Position numbers and translations under genes: made by a program. This document shows positions 1 to 9,712 of a DNA stretch of 64,000 bases, piece by piece. Under the pieces are notes generated by a model. That model searched no databases. It was not told the DNA's origin and saw nothing but the letters and a program-made list of their open reading frames with translations. The stretch lies in assembly GCF_051105105.1 (NCBI RefSeq), contig NZ_CP185339.1; one strand, 5' to 3'. The first letter of the stretch is position 1, and every line of letters starts with the position of its first letter. This DNA comes from Nannocystis pusilla (GTDB lineage Bacteria > Myxococcota_A > Polyangia > Nannocystales > Nannocystaceae).

Positions 1-73
1 TGCCAGACGATCTGGAGGATGTCAACGTCGTGGAACGGGACCTCGAACTCGACCGAGACCTCGTGCAGCCGGC

Positions 74-1603
74 TCACGACAGCGCTCCGATCGGCAACGC
101 GTTCGCGCGCATCAGCGTCAGCACCGCGGCGATGTCCCGGTCCTGGCGGCGGTCCGCGTCGACCATCGGGATGACGCCGCGCACCGCCGCGTGCAGCGTG
201 CGCGCCCGCGCGTGGACGTTGTGCCCCGCGCGCAGGTCGACCGCCTGGCACATGGTGAGCAGCCCGATCGCGGCGACCGTCTCGGTCAGCTCGACGATCC
301 GCAGGCAGTCGCGCGCCGCGATCGTGCCCATGCTCACCTTGTCCTGGTTGTGGCATTCGGTGCTTCGGCTGAAGACGCTGGCCGGCATCGTCAGCTTCAA
401 CGCCTCGGCCGCCAGCGCCGAGGCCGAGATCTGCATCGCCTTGAAGCCGTGGTGCGCCGCACGATCGGGGCCCGTGCGCCCGACCAGGTTGGCCGGCAGG
501 CCCGCGTTCGTGTCCGGGTTGCAGACCAGCGCGATCTGGCGATCGACCAGGTCGGCGAGGTTGGCCACCGCCGTCTTCAGCGAGTCGAGCGCGAAGCAGG
601 CGTGACCGCCGTAGAAGTTGCCGCCGTGCAGCACCTCCCCGGTCTCCGGGTCGACCAGCGGGTTGTCGTTGGCGCCGACGATCTCGACCTCGAGCCACTG
701 CCGGACCCAGGGTAGCGCGTCGACGAGGACCCCGATGACGTGCGGGGCGCAGCGGATCGAGTAGCGGTCCTGGATGCGGGCGGGGGCTGCCGGCCGCGGG
801 AACTCGATATCCTCGCGGATCCACCCCGCCACGGCCCTCTGGCCCGGGTGCGGCTTGGCGGCGAAGATGCGGTCGTCGAAGTGAGCGGGGTTGCCGCCGA
901 GGACGTCGCTGCCCATCGCCGTCAGCGCCGCGCACAGGCGCGCCAGCCGCTGCGCGCGCGCGACCGCCAGGCAACCGAGCCCGACCATGACGCTGGTCCC
1001 GTTCATCAGCGCCAGGCTCTCCTTGGGCTGCAGCACGAGCGGCGGGATCCCGGCCTCGCGCAGCGCCTCGGCCGCGGGCGCGACCTGTCCCTTGAACCAG
1101 ACCTCGCGCTCGCCGACCAGCGCCGCCACCACGTACGACAGCGGCGTCAGATCGCCGCTGGCCCCGACCGAGCCCTCGGCGGGGATCCGCGGCAGCAGAC
1201 GGTGCCGCAGCAGATCGCACAGGCGCTCGAGCACCTCGACGCGCACACCCGACCAGCCGCGCGCCAGCGCCACCAGCCGCACCGCCACCACCGCCGCGGC
1301 CTCGACCTCGTCGAGGATCCGCCCGGTGCCGCAGCCGTGGAAGCGCATCAGGTTGATCGGCATCGCCGCCACGTGCTCGTCGGGCACGGAGGTCTCGCAC
1401 GAGTCGCCGAACCCGGTCGTGACCCCGTAGACGACCTCGCCGGCGGCCAGCCGGCGCGCCAGGTGGTCGGCGCCGCGGCCCAGCAGCGCCCGGTACTCCG
1501 GGGCGTCGTCGAGCGCCGGGAAAGCTGTCCCTTCGGCCAGCTGAACCACGTCGTCGAGGCCGATCCCGCCGGGCCCCACGATGAGGACGCGCGCGCTACT
1601 CAC
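74..1603 (-). CDS. aromatic amino acid ammonia-lyase (HAL/PAL/TAL family, MIO cofactor), probably the tyrosine/phenylalanine ammonia-lyase of an aryl-polyene/flexirubin-type pathway
   Basis: The ORF 74..1756 carries the Ala-Ser-Gly MIO motif in 'GSVGASGDLTPLSY' plus 'TGFGDSC' and 'NQDKVSMGT' family signatures. The most plausible start is the GTG at ~1603, which overlaps the upstream TGA (GTGA coupling). It is the last gene seen of the minus-strand operon and continues toward the window start. Confidence 0.85.
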   Translation of the reverse strand: MSSARVLIVGPGGIGLDDVVQLAEGTAFPALDDAPEYRALLGRGADHLARRLAAGEVVYGVTTGFGDSCETSVPDEHVAAMPINLMRFHGCGTGRILDEVEAAAVVAVRLVALARGWSGVRVEVLERLCDLLRHRLLPRIPAEGSVGASGDLTPLSYVVAALVGEREVWFKGQVAPAAEALREAGIPPLVLQPKESLALMNGTSVMVGLGCLAVARAQRLARLCAALTAMGSDVLGGNPAHFDDRIFAAKPHPGQRAVAGWIREDIEFPRPAAPARIQDRYSIRCAPHVIGVLVDALPWVRQWLEVEIVGANDNPLVDPETGEVLHGGNFYGGHACFALDSLKTAVANLADLVDRQIALVCNPDTNAGLPANLVGRTGPDRAAHHGFKAMQISASALAAEALKLTMPASVFSRSTECHNQDKVSMGTIAARDCLRIVELTETVAAIGLLTMCQAVDLRAGHNVHARARTLHAAVRGVIPMVDADRRQDRDIAAVLTLMRANALPIGALS

Positions 1604-2661
1604 TCCGCCCTCCAGAACTCGTAGAAGTTGAACCAGTTGAGCGGCGCGAGGCGGCAGTAGTGCTCGAGGCGTTCGGCGTAGCGCTGGACATGGGCGGCGG
1701 TGGCGGCCTCGCGGCGGCCTCTGGGGAGTTCTAATTGTTCGGCGAAGGGCTCGCAATAAAGATCGTAGCGGTCAGGCCCGTGGTAGAGCCCGAAAGTCAA
1801 ATAGATCGGGCACTTTAGCAGCGCCGCCAGGGTGTAGGGCCCGGTCGGGAAGCGCGCCGGAGCGCCCAGGAACTCGGCCGTGCAGGTCTTCTCGTTGACC
1901 CCGACCCGGTCGCCGAGCACCGCCACCAGCTCGCCGCGCTCGATCGCCTCCTTGGCGGCCAGGATGTAGCTGGTGTCGCGCGGGTCGATCGGGATCACGC
2001 GCACGTCGAAGTCGGCCCCGACCGTGCGCAAGAAGTCGTTGATCATCTTCGCGTTCTGCCAGTACGCGAGGATGTGGATCGGCAGCCGCTTGTCGACGCT
2101 GCTGGCCCGCATCGCCTCGAACGAGCCGAGGTGGGCCCCGAGCAGCAGCGCCCCCCGACCCTGCTCCTGCAGCGCCCGCAGGTGCTCGATGCCCGTGTGC
2201 GTGATGCGGAACCGCAACGTCTCGCCGCGGACCAGGAACACGCGGTCGAGCGCGCAGCGGGCGAACGTGTAGATGTGGCGCCAGCTGGCGATAAATCCGT
2301 GCGGCTGGCCGATCCGACGCAGGTAGTCCTGCGAGGCCCGCCGCGCCGCCCCGGCGAACAGCGCGTAGTAGAACGTGATCACCGCCAGCAGCAGCCCCGC
2401 CCCGCGGCGGCCGAACACCCGGCAGAACAGCAGCGTCGCCTTGATCCCGAGCACCGTCCCGCGCTCGGGCCGGGTCATCCACGCCCGGTCGCCCTCACCC
2501 GCGACGACCGCCGGGACCGCCGCGGCGCCGCCCCCCTCACGCTCGCTCCCCTGACCCGCGGTGGTCGCCGGCACGCCCGCCCCGCGCTCGCCCGCCGCGG
2601 CCGCGCTCGTGCTCTCCTCCGGGACATATCCCTTCGTACCTGCCTGATGAGCCATGGCCAA
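1600..2661 (-). CDS. lysophospholipid/lipid A acyltransferase (LpxL/HtrB-like, LPLAT superfamily)
   Basis: 353-aa ORF whose core ('LLLAVITFYYALF' TM, 'ILAYWQNAKMINDFL', C-terminal 'WFNFYEFWRAE') resembles lauroyl/myristoyl acyltransferases. The N-terminal 60 aa are low-complexity, so the real start may be the Met at ~2478 ('MTRPERG'). The stop overlaps the ammonia-lyase start. Confidence 0.7.
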   Translation of the reverse strand: MAMAHQAGTKGYVPEESTSAAAAGERGAGVPATTAGQGSEREGGGAAAVPAVVAGEGDRAWMTRPERGTVLGIKATLLFCRVFGRRGAGLLLAVITFYYALFAGAARRASQDYLRRIGQPHGFIASWRHIYTFARCALDRVFLVRGETLRFRITHTGIEHLRALQEQGRGALLLGAHLGSFEAMRASSVDKRLPIHILAYWQNAKMINDFLRTVGADFDVRVIPIDPRDTSYILAAKEAIERGELVAVLGDRVGVNEKTCTAEFLGAPARFPTGPYTLAALLKCPIYLTFGLYHGPDRYDLYCEPFAEQLELPRGRREAATAAHVQRYAERLEHYCRLAPLNWFNFYEFWRAE

Positions 2662-2688
2662 TCGAACCTGTCCTCTCGCGCAGCCCGC

Positions 2689-3504
2689 TCAGCGGCCGGC
2701 CGGCAGCGCCGGGCGGCGCAGGCGGCGGTAGAGGTTGATCCACGGGCGCACCATCACCCGCTGGAACGACAGCCGGGTGTGCAGCCACGAGATCTTGACG
2801 TTGTCGCCGAACACGCGGAAGTGCGACACCCCGCCCTCGTCGCGGCCGATGTAGCGGACCTTGGTGGGCAGGTTTATCACCGGCACCCCGGCCCACACCA
2901 GGCGGACCGCGATCTCGATGTCGAAGTCCATGCGGTCGCCGGTGCGCCCGAGCGCCAGCGCGGGCGCCAGCGGGTACACGCGGAAGCCGCACATCGGGTC
3001 GGTGATGACCCCGCGCCCGGCCTCGAAGTCGGTCCAGAACAGCGTGATCTTGCGGGCGATGAGCCGGCCCTTGGGCGCCGACGCGTCGTACACCGGCGCC
3101 CCGAGGATCAGCGCGTCCGGCCGCTCGCGCGCGGTGGCGAGGAATTGCGGGATGTCCTTCAGGTCATGTTGCCCGTCGGCGTCGACCTGCAGCGCGTGGG
3201 TGTAGCCGAGCTCGTGGGCGAACTGGAACCCGGTCTTGACCGCCGCCCCCTTGCCGCCGTTGTGCGGCCGTCGCCGCACGTGCGCCAGCCCCTCCGCTCC
3301 GATCGCCTCGACCGCGGCCCGGCCCTCCGGCCCCGAGCCGTCGTCGATGACCACCACGTCGGGCAGGTGCGCCTTGACCCGCAGCACCACGTCCCGCACC
3401 GTCCGCGGGTTGTCGAAGGTCGGGATCAGCGCGCACGGCCGGAACGCCGCGGCCTCGGCTTCACCTGTCCCTCGGGACATGTCCTGCCCCCCGTCCGCGC
3501 TCAT
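2689..3504 (-). CDS. family 2 glycosyltransferase (polyprenol-phosphate/dolichol-P-mannose synthase-like)
   Basis: 'VVIDDGSGPEG', 'LQVDADGQHD', 'FRVYP' GT2 hallmarks. The ORF extends to 3579, but that N-terminal extension is encoded by palindromic repeat copies. Start chosen at the Met ~3504; 3477 is an alternative. Confidence 0.7.
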   Translation of the reverse strand: MSADGGQDMSRGTGEAEAAAFRPCALIPTFDNPRTVRDVVLRVKAHLPDVVVIDDGSGPEGRAAVEAIGAEGLAHVRRRPHNGGKGAAVKTGFQFAHELGYTHALQVDADGQHDLKDIPQFLATARERPDALILGAPVYDASAPKGRLIARKITLFWTDFEAGRGVITDPMCGFRVYPLAPALALGRTGDRMDFDIEIAVRLVWAGVPVINLPTKVRYIGRDEGGVSHFRVFGDNVKISWLHTRLSFQRVMVRPWINLYRRLRRPALPAGR

Positions 3505-3599
3505 GTCCGCCTCCCGACGCGGGGCGCGCCCCGCCCGCCGACGGTCGGCTGACGACCTGTCCTCCCGGACATCTGGCAACGACCTGCCCCTTCGGCCAT
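3462..3599. repeat. three palindromic-element copies between the GT2 gene and the ligase stop, partly forming the GT2 N-terminal extension
   Basis: CACCTGTCCCTCGGGACATGTCC (3462-3484), GACCTGTCCTCCCGGACATCTGG (3554-3576), GACCTGCCCCTTCGGCCAT (3581-3599). Confidence 0.7.
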
Positions 3600-3609
3600 A
3601 CGCACCGCC

Positions 3610-5535
3610 TCAGCCTCCGCGCGCCTCGTACTCGAGCGCCCCCGCCGTGACCACCTCGCCGGCCCGCACCAGCGAGAAGCGGACCTGAGCCCCGCGGACC
3701 TCGAGCCGCAGCACCAGCGCGTCCCCCGGCGCGATCGGCCTCGTGAACTTCAGCCGCGCCGCCCGCCGCAGCGGCCCCAGCTCCGGCCGCAGCGCCGCGA
3801 CCTGCGGCACCACCAGCGCGGTCAGCTGCGCCACCCCCGGCAGCACCGGCAGCGCGTCGAAGTGCCCGCGGAAGAACGCCAGGTCGACCGGCACCCCCAC
3901 CTCGACCTCGTGCACCGCCGCGCCGCCCTCGTCGCGCCGCGTCTGCCCGCCCAGCGCGAACGCCGACGCCCCCGGCCCCGCTGTCCCCGCAGACCCGCCT
4001 CGCGAGCCATCCGGCGACGACTCCTGGGCCTCTGTCCCCGCGGACATGTCCCTCGGGCCACCTCGTCCCGGACCCGAGCTCGCTGCGTCGGCCTCTGTCC
4101 CCGCGGACATGTCTCTCGCGCCACCCGCCGCGCCCTCGTCCGCCCCGCCCTCGCCCGCGAGCCCGAGCAGCGCGTGCAGCTTGCGCCGCGTCAGCTTGCC
4201 GCTCGGCTCGCGCGGCAGCGCCGGCACCACCTTGATCCGCCGCGGCACCACCACCTGGTCGAACCACGGGAGCAGCGCCCGCCGCAGCTCGGCCACCAGC
4301 TCGCCGGCGTCGCGCCCGGCCTCGCGGGCGACCACGGCGGCCACCAGCTCGTGCCCGCGGGCGCCCGGCGACTCGACCGCCACCACCGCGGCGTCGGCCA
4401 CCGCCGGCAGCGCCAGCAGCCGCTGCTCGACCTCGGCCACCGCCACCCGCTTGCCGGCGATCTTCACCACCCCGTCGAGCCGTCCGCGCAGGTGGAACCC
4501 GCCGCGCGCGTCGACCTCGACGCGGTCCTCGCACGGGTACGGCACCGGCGCGTCGGGGGCCAGGAACGGCGAGCGCAGCAGCAGCCGGCCCTCCGCCGCC
4601 ACCTCGACCGTCACTCCCGGCAGCGGCGTCCAGGCTGGCTCCGGAGACATGTCCCTTAAAACATCCTCGTGCCGCCGCCAGCCGATCCCGCCGGTCTCCG
4701 ACGAGCCGTACACCTCGGTCACCTGCAGGCCCAGCTTCGTCAGCAGCTCGTCCGCGGTCGCCCGCGGCAGCGGCGCGCCCGACGAGAACACCCGCGACAG
4801 CGGCGGCAAGTCGCCGCGCGTCAGCACCGTCAGCCCGCGCAGGTGCGCCGGCGTGCTGACCAGCACCGTCGCCCCGACCTGCCGCGCCGCCCGGGCCACC
4901 GTCTCGGCGTGCAGCGGCGTCTCGCGGGCGAACGCCGCCCCCGCGGCCAGCGGCGCCAGGATCCCGAACAGCAGCCCGTAGAGGTGGTACGGCGGCACCG
5001 TCGCCAGCGCCACCTCCCCGGCCCGCAGGGCGAACGTGGCCGCCAGCGCCTGCGCCTCGCCGAGCAGCTGCGCGGCCGTCTTGGCGCACGGCTGATGGTC
5101 GCCGGTGCTGCCCGAGGTGTACACGACCGCCAGCCGGCGATCGGCCGCCAGCGCTTCGGGCCATGTCGGATCGGCCATGTCCCCCGAAACATGTCCTTCC
5201 AACCACTCGCGGACGTCCTGCGCGTCGGCCAGGTCGGAGTCGTGCAGCAGCGCGACCACCGACGGCCGCCCGGCCAGCTCGCGCACCGCCGCCGGCTGGG
5301 CGTTGGGCGGCAGCGCGACCGCGTGGCCGCGCAGCCACGCCGCCAGGGTCGTCACCGCCAGGTGGTAGCGGTCGCCGCACACCACCAGCACCTCGCTGCC
5401 CGGCCCCGGCGCCGGCAGGCGCGCCGCGACGGCCCTCGCGTCGCGCATGAGCTCGCCGGCCGTGCGCGCGCCGGCCTCGCCGACGGCGACGAGCGCCACG
5501 GGATCGGTGTGGACGAGCGGGACGAACGAATTCAT
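3610..5535 (-). CDS. AMP-dependent synthetase/ligase (acyl/aryl-CoA or aryl-ACP ligase) fused to a C-terminal FabA/FabZ-like hot-dog (thioester dehydratase) domain
   Basis: Start 'MNSFVPL' at 5535 overlaps the upstream stop (ATGA). The adenylation core shows 'VVYTSGSTG', 'YGSSETGG', 'GKRVAVAEVE' and 'PSGKLTRRKL'. The C-terminal ~130 aa ('FFRGHFDALPVLPGV') look hot-dog-like. The inter-domain linker holds two tandem in-frame repeat-derived insertions ('RDMSAGTEA' twice). Confidence 0.85.
   Translation of the reverse strand: MNSFVPLVHTDPVALVAVGEAGARTAGELMRDARAVAARLPAPGPGSEVLVVCGDRYHLAVTTLAAWLRGHAVALPPNAQPAAVRELAGRPSVVALLHDSDLADAQDVREWLEGHVSGDMADPTWPEALAADRRLAVVYTSGSTGDHQPCAKTAAQLLGEAQALAATFALRAGEVALATVPPYHLYGLLFGILAPLAAGAAFARETPLHAETVARAARQVGATVLVSTPAHLRGLTVLTRGDLPPLSRVFSSGAPLPRATADELLTKLGLQVTEVYGSSETGGIGWRRHEDVLRDMSPEPAWTPLPGVTVEVAAEGRLLLRSPFLAPDAPVPYPCEDRVEVDARGGFHLRGRLDGVVKIAGKRVAVAEVEQRLLALPAVADAAVVAVESPGARGHELVAAVVAREAGRDAGELVAELRRALLPWFDQVVVPRRIKVVPALPREPSGKLTRRKLHALLGLAGEGGADEGAAGGARDMSAGTEADAASSGPGRGGPRDMSAGTEAQESSPDGSRGGSAGTAGPGASAFALGGQTRRDEGGAAVHEVEVGVPVDLAFFRGHFDALPVLPGVAQLTALVVPQVAALRPELGPLRRAARLKFTRPIAPGDALVLRLEVRGAQVRFSLVRAGEVVTAGALEYEARGG
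4030..4116. repeat. tandem ~60-bp duplication containing CTGTCCCCGCGGACATGTC palindromes inside the ligase/hot-dog linker (in frame)
   Basis: Copies at 4030-4057 and 4093-4116, each translated as 'PRDMSAGTEA'. A half-copy lies at 3981-3996. Confidence 0.7.
4643..4668. repeat. palindromic element (GGAGACATGTCCCTTAAAACATCC) in frame inside the ligase adenylation domain
   Basis: Encodes 'DVLRDMSPE' and includes the rare TTA codon. Confidence 0.55.
5161..5198. repeat. palindromic elements (CCATGTCGGATCGGCCATGTCCCCCGAAACATGTCC) in frame near the ligase N-terminus
   Basis: Encodes 'EGHVSGDMADPTWP'. Confidence 0.55.
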
Positions 5536-6182
5536 GCGCGGAGCAGTCGGCGGAGCAGGCGGTCGGGCAGCGCGTCGCCGAAGCGACGGAAGGTCGCCTT
5601 GCGGACGACGTACTCGACGGTGAACATTACCCCGATCAGCAGGTAGGCCAAAAGTCCGGTGTAGAGCGTCCACCAGGCCACCGGGGCCCACAGCGCCAGG
5701 CCGGCGCTGACGGCCGCGTTGGCGACGAAGAAGCCGCACCAGATCCAGGTCCACGTCCGACAGTACGCCGGCCCGCCGGGCGGCAGATCGGGCTCCTGCA
5801 GGCGCGCGAACCGTTCGACCAGCGACACCGGCCCGCGCAGGCTGGCGGCGAAGTTGGCGAGCAGTCCCAGGTTGACCAGCACCGGCAGGGCCATGAACAG
5901 CCGCTGCTCGCCCGACAGCGCCGCCACCGCGAACAGCCCGAACAGCGACAGCGGCACCCGCAGCACCGGCCACAGGTCCTCGCGCCGGGCCTCGCGCAGG
6001 CGCAGCACGAGCCCCGGCAGCAGCGCCGCCGCCAGCACCAGCGCCAGCGTGCGCGGGCTCCAGCGCGTCATGCCGAGGTACACGACCAGCGGATAGCCGC
6101 CGATCACCATCGACCGCAGCGCCGCGGGCACCCACTTCGGGACCCCCGCGGCTCGCCGCGGCTCGCCGTTCGGGTCCGCCAT
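5532..6182 (-). CDS. integral membrane protein of the APE-like cluster (function unknown)
   Basis: Hydrophobic helices ('MVIGGYPLVVYLGM', 'LALVLAAALLPGLVL', 'FGLFAVAALSG', 'LAYLLIGVMFTV'). Its stop overlaps the ligase start. The ORF tool extends it to 6533, which would overlap the ACP gene; start taken at 'MADPNGE' ~6182 (uncertain). Confidence 0.5.
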   Translation of the reverse strand: MADPNGEPRRAAGVPKWVPAALRSMVIGGYPLVVYLGMTRWSPRTLALVLAAALLPGLVLRLREARREDLWPVLRVPLSLFGLFAVAALSGEQRLFMALPVLVNLGLLANFAASLRGPVSLVERFARLQEPDLPPGGPAYCRTWTWIWCGFFVANAAVSAGLALWAPVAWWTLYTGLLAYLLIGVMFTVEYVVRKATFRRFGDALPDRLLRRLLRA

Positions 6183-6190
6183 GTCGGGTC

Positions 6191-6478
6191 TCAGCTCGCC
6201 GCCGGCGCGCGCTGTTCGGCGACGAAGCGGGCCAGATTGGTCACGCTGGCGAAGATGTGCCGGTTCTGGGCGTCGTCGGCGCGGGTCTTGACGCCGTACT
6301 TCTTGCCGATGGCCATCGCCAGCTCGAGCACGTCGATCGAGTCGAGGCCCAGCCCCTCGACCAGCAGCGGCGCCTCTGGGTCGATGTCCTCGGGGGTCAT
6401 GTCCTGCAGCATCAGGGCCTCGATGATGAGCTCCTTGATCTCGCGGACCAGGGCTTCGGGCGGGGCGGTCTCTGTCAT
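6191..6478 (-). CDS. acyl carrier protein
   Basis: 95 aa with the phosphopantetheine-attachment motif 'GLDSIDVLEL'. First gene of the minus-strand operon. Confidence 0.85.
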   Translation of the reverse strand: MTETAPPEALVREIKELIIEALMLQDMTPEDIDPEAPLLVEGLGLDSIDVLELAMAIGKKYGVKTRADDAQNRHIFASVTNLARFVAEQRAPAAS

Positions 6479-6645
6479 GGGGTCGGCGCATCCTACGGGG
6501 ATCGCCCTGGAGACGACAAGCGGCGCCCTTCATCCTCCGTGGACGCCCGAGCCGCGCGCTGCGTCACCGACACCGCGCAAGCTCACATCTCCCCCTGGCT
6601 CTTGGTGCAGGCGACCTCGGCGGCCCTCGGTACGCTCGCCGCCGC
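6479..6645. promoter_or_regulatory. divergent promoter region between the ACP-led operon and fabG
   Basis: 167-bp gap separating divergently oriented genes. Inferred from gene arrangement only; no -10/-35 assigned. Confidence 0.3.
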
Positions 6646-7425
6646 ATGACAAGCACCCAGCAACCGCGGATCGCCATCGTCACCGGCGGCGGCAACGGCA
6701 TCGGCCGCGCCACCGCTCTCAAGTTCGCCGAGGCCGGCTACGGCGTGGCCGTGTGGGACCTGGCCGAACAGGCAGCCGAGGAGGTCGTGTCCGCGATCAC
6801 CGCCGCCGGCGGCGTCGCCATCGCCCGCAAGGTCAACGTCAGCAAGCCCGAGGACTGCGTCGCCGGGGTCGCCGCCGTGCTCGAGCGGTTCGGCCGGATC
6901 AACGTCCTCATCAACAACGCCGGCGTCGTCCGCGACGGCCAGTTGGTCAAGGTCAAGGACGGTCAGGTGGTCGGACAGATGAGCGCCGACCAGTTCCAGT
7001 TCGTCCTCGATGTCTGCCTCAAGGGCGTGTTCAACTGCACCCAGGCGGTCGTGCCGACGATGATCGCCCAGAAGTACGGGCGAATCGTCAGCACCAGCTC
7101 GGTGGTGGCATTGTACGGCAACTTCGGCCAGACCAACTACGTCGCCGCCAAGGCCGGCGTCGTCGGCATGACGCGCGTATGGGCGCGCGAGCTCGGCCGC
7201 TACGGCATCACCGCGAACGCCGTCGCCCCGGGGTTCATCGCCACGGACATGGTCAAGAGCATCCCCGAGAAGGTTTATAACGCGCTGATCGAGCACACCC
7301 CGGTCGGCCGCGCCGGGCAGCCCGACGACATCGCTCGCGCCTATCTCTTCCTGGCCGACGACAAGTCGAGCTTCATCAACGGCGCCATCTTGAGCGTCGA
7401 CGGCGGCTCGGTCATCGGCACCTGA
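6646..7425 (+). CDS. fabG: 3-oxoacyl-[ACP] reductase (SDR family, FabG-like)
   Basis: 'IAIVTGGGNGIGRA' Rossmann motif, 'NAG' and the 'YVAAKAG' catalytic YxxxK. 259 aa. Confidence 0.85.
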   Translation: MTSTQQPRIAIVTGGGNGIGRATALKFAEAGYGVAVWDLAEQAAEEVVSAITAAGGVAIARKVNVSKPEDCVAGVAAVLERFGRINVLINNAGVVRDGQLVKVKDGQVVGQMSADQFQFVLDVCLKGVFNCTQAVVPTMIAQKYGRIVSTSSVVALYGNFGQTNYVAAKAGVVGMTRVWARELGRYGITANAVAPGFIATDMVKSIPEKVYNALIEHTPVGRAGQPDDIARAYLFLADDKSSFINGAILSVDGGSVIGT

Positions 7426-7606
7426 ACCGCCGCACGCGGTTCTGATCGGGCCTCACGGGCGGCGAACGCCGTCCGTGACGGCGCGCGCGGCGCTGAACAG
7501 CATCCGCCAGGGCAGGCCCTCACCCTGCCCGCGCGGACCTCCGTCCGCGCGCGGCATTTTGCCCCTTCGTTGCAGCAGCAGCGCGAAAACCCTACTGTAA
7601 CGGGCG

Positions 7607-9386
7607 ATGCACGACGACGGCGCGCGCTGGCTACCCAAGTTTCTCGCGGACAGCGGCTACCGCCACGCGATGTATACCCATCAGTGGACCGAGGTGCTGA
7701 TCTGGCGCGACACGGAGCGGTGGCTCGGCCGCGGACCCGACCGCGACAGCGCCCTCGAAGATGCGCTGACGCAGATGTTCCCGTCGGCCGCGGCGCGTCA
7801 GCTCTTCGATCGCTTCCGCGACGGCCTCCAGGAGCCAGCCCGTCCGCAGGCGGCGCCACCCAGCGCCGCAGTATCCGCCGAAGTTATCCCCGCCCCGCCC
7901 GCCGCGCCCGAGCAGCCCGAACTACCGCGCAGCCCCATCGTCGGACGGATCCAGCTACCGACTTATCCCGCTGCTGCGGTCGCCGAGGCGCGCGAGACCC
8001 TGGAAGAGATCCTCAAGGACATCCAGGACATGCGGCCCGACTTCGCGCTGATGTCGCCGCGCTACCAGAAGGTCTACATGCTCGCGTGGATCTCCCGCGC
8101 GCGCAGCTTCGACGAGCAGTTCCAGGGCGAGCACAAGATCACCGTGCTGGTGCGGCGGATCGCCCACGAGCTGACGAACCTCAGCAAGACCTTGTGGCCC
8201 GGCTCGGTGCAGGCGCTGCAGATGAACGCGGTGCCCGCGTGCGTGGTCACCGAGCTCGGGCTCAAGACCCTGCACGCGCCGAAGACCTGGGCCGAGGCGC
8301 ACGAGTTCGTGCAGAACCATCGCGAGCGGGCGATGACCAGCGAGGTCCCGGTCGACGACTACGGCTGGGCCGACCGCCCGCGCAAGGCCCCGCCGGGCCA
8401 GCCCCGCGCCCTCCTGCGCGAGGCCCAGCGCGCCGTCGAGGCCATCGCCGGCAACGTCACCGATCCGCCGCCGCGCCACCTCACCACGCCGCCGGAGGAG
8501 CTGCCGAACGAGCAGCTCGACGCCCTCGTCAAGCACGCCCAGGCGCTGCGCGACATCCGTCGCTTCATCGCCGCCGAGGAGCCCGAGACCTGGGGCGCCG
8601 TCATGGGCCGCCTGCGCTGGCTCGCGGGGCGCCTCGGCGAGCGCCTGCCGCAGCTGCGCCGCTGGCTCGACCCCGAGTTCATCCCGCCGCCCGAGCGCGC
8701 CAAGACCGGGCCCTCGGCCGATCAGGTGCGCCAGCAACAAGCGACGGTGCGAGCCGAACGCGACGCCCTGGTCGCCGCCGACAGCTTCGACGACGAGGCC
8801 CTGCTCGCCTTCCTCGGCCGGGCCTTCGACGCCCACAACACGCCCGAGGTCGCGTCGCTGGTCCAGCCGATCCGCCCGCGCATCGACGCCCTGCGCCCCG
8901 ACCTGTTCGAGGACCGCCGCATGCGTCGCCGCCTCACCGGCCTGCAAGAACGTCATCAAGCGCGGCGAGCTCGGCGTGCTGCCGTCCGACAGCGACAGCG
9001 ACCTCGAGGAAGAGACCGACGACGTCGACGATCCGGGCGCGCACCTGGTCGCCCAGGTCCGGCCCAAGGTCGAGGGCAAGCGGGTCCTGTTCGTCAGCAA
9101 CCGCGAGGACCCCGACCTCAAGTCGAAGCTCGAGGAGTCGCTCGGCCTCGACATTACGTGGTGCGACGGCAACGCCCGCAAGGTCCAGGCCCAGTGTGAG
9201 AGCATCTCGCGCCACAGCTACGACTACGTGCTGATCGCCACCGGCTTCCAGGCCCACAACATCGACGGGATCCTCGCCCGAGCGGCCCGGGCCAGCGCCA
9301 TCCCGTACGTCCGCGTGTTCAAGGGCCGCCCCCTCGCGGTCGCCCGCGCCCTCGCCCGGACCCTCGGCGTCGCCTCCGCCGCCTGA
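7607..9386 (+). CDS. hypothetical protein, apparently frameshifted near 8940
   Basis: ORF 7607..~8950 continues in another frame as ORF 8976..9386 with no obvious intergenic signal ('...RRLTGLQERHQ' / 'KNVIKRGELGVLPSDSDSDLEEE...'). No family recognised. Confidence 0.45.
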
Positions 9387-9407
9387 GCCGCGGGCTCGCG
9401 GGCCGCA

Positions 9408-9453
9408 GGGACATGTCCTCTCGGACATATCCTTGCGCACATGTCCTTGCAGA
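9408..9453. repeat. triple GGACATGTCC-type element cluster 22 nt after the stop of the 7607..9386 gene
   Basis: GGGACATGTCCTCTCGGACATATCCTTGCGCACATGTCCTTGCAGAC. Hairpin/terminator-like position. Confidence 0.65.
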
Positions 9454-9712
9454 CACGCGAGGTCAACGTCCGCCCCCACCGGGACGCGCGACGCGGGTCC
9501 GTGCGCGCAGGCGCGCCTCGCGGCGCGAGCGGCAGGATCGCCTCGCGGTGCGCCGGCTCGACCGAGTCCGCGTGGCCGCGCCCGCTCGCCATCCTGGAGC
9601 AGATCCGTGTGGTCCCCGCCACAACACCCCGGGGCCCGCGCGTCCTCGCGCATCGCTCCCGATCGACGCCAGCGCCTGCAGGCCAGGCGTTCCGCCACGT
9701 TCTCGGCCGTCG

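Noticed and set aside
3461-5380. 639-aa and 412-aa ORFs (3461..5380 minus, 3743..4981 plus) overlapping the AMP-ligase gene
   Set aside because: Gly/Arg/Ala low-complexity translations in alternative frames of a gene with clear adenylation motifs. These are spurious.
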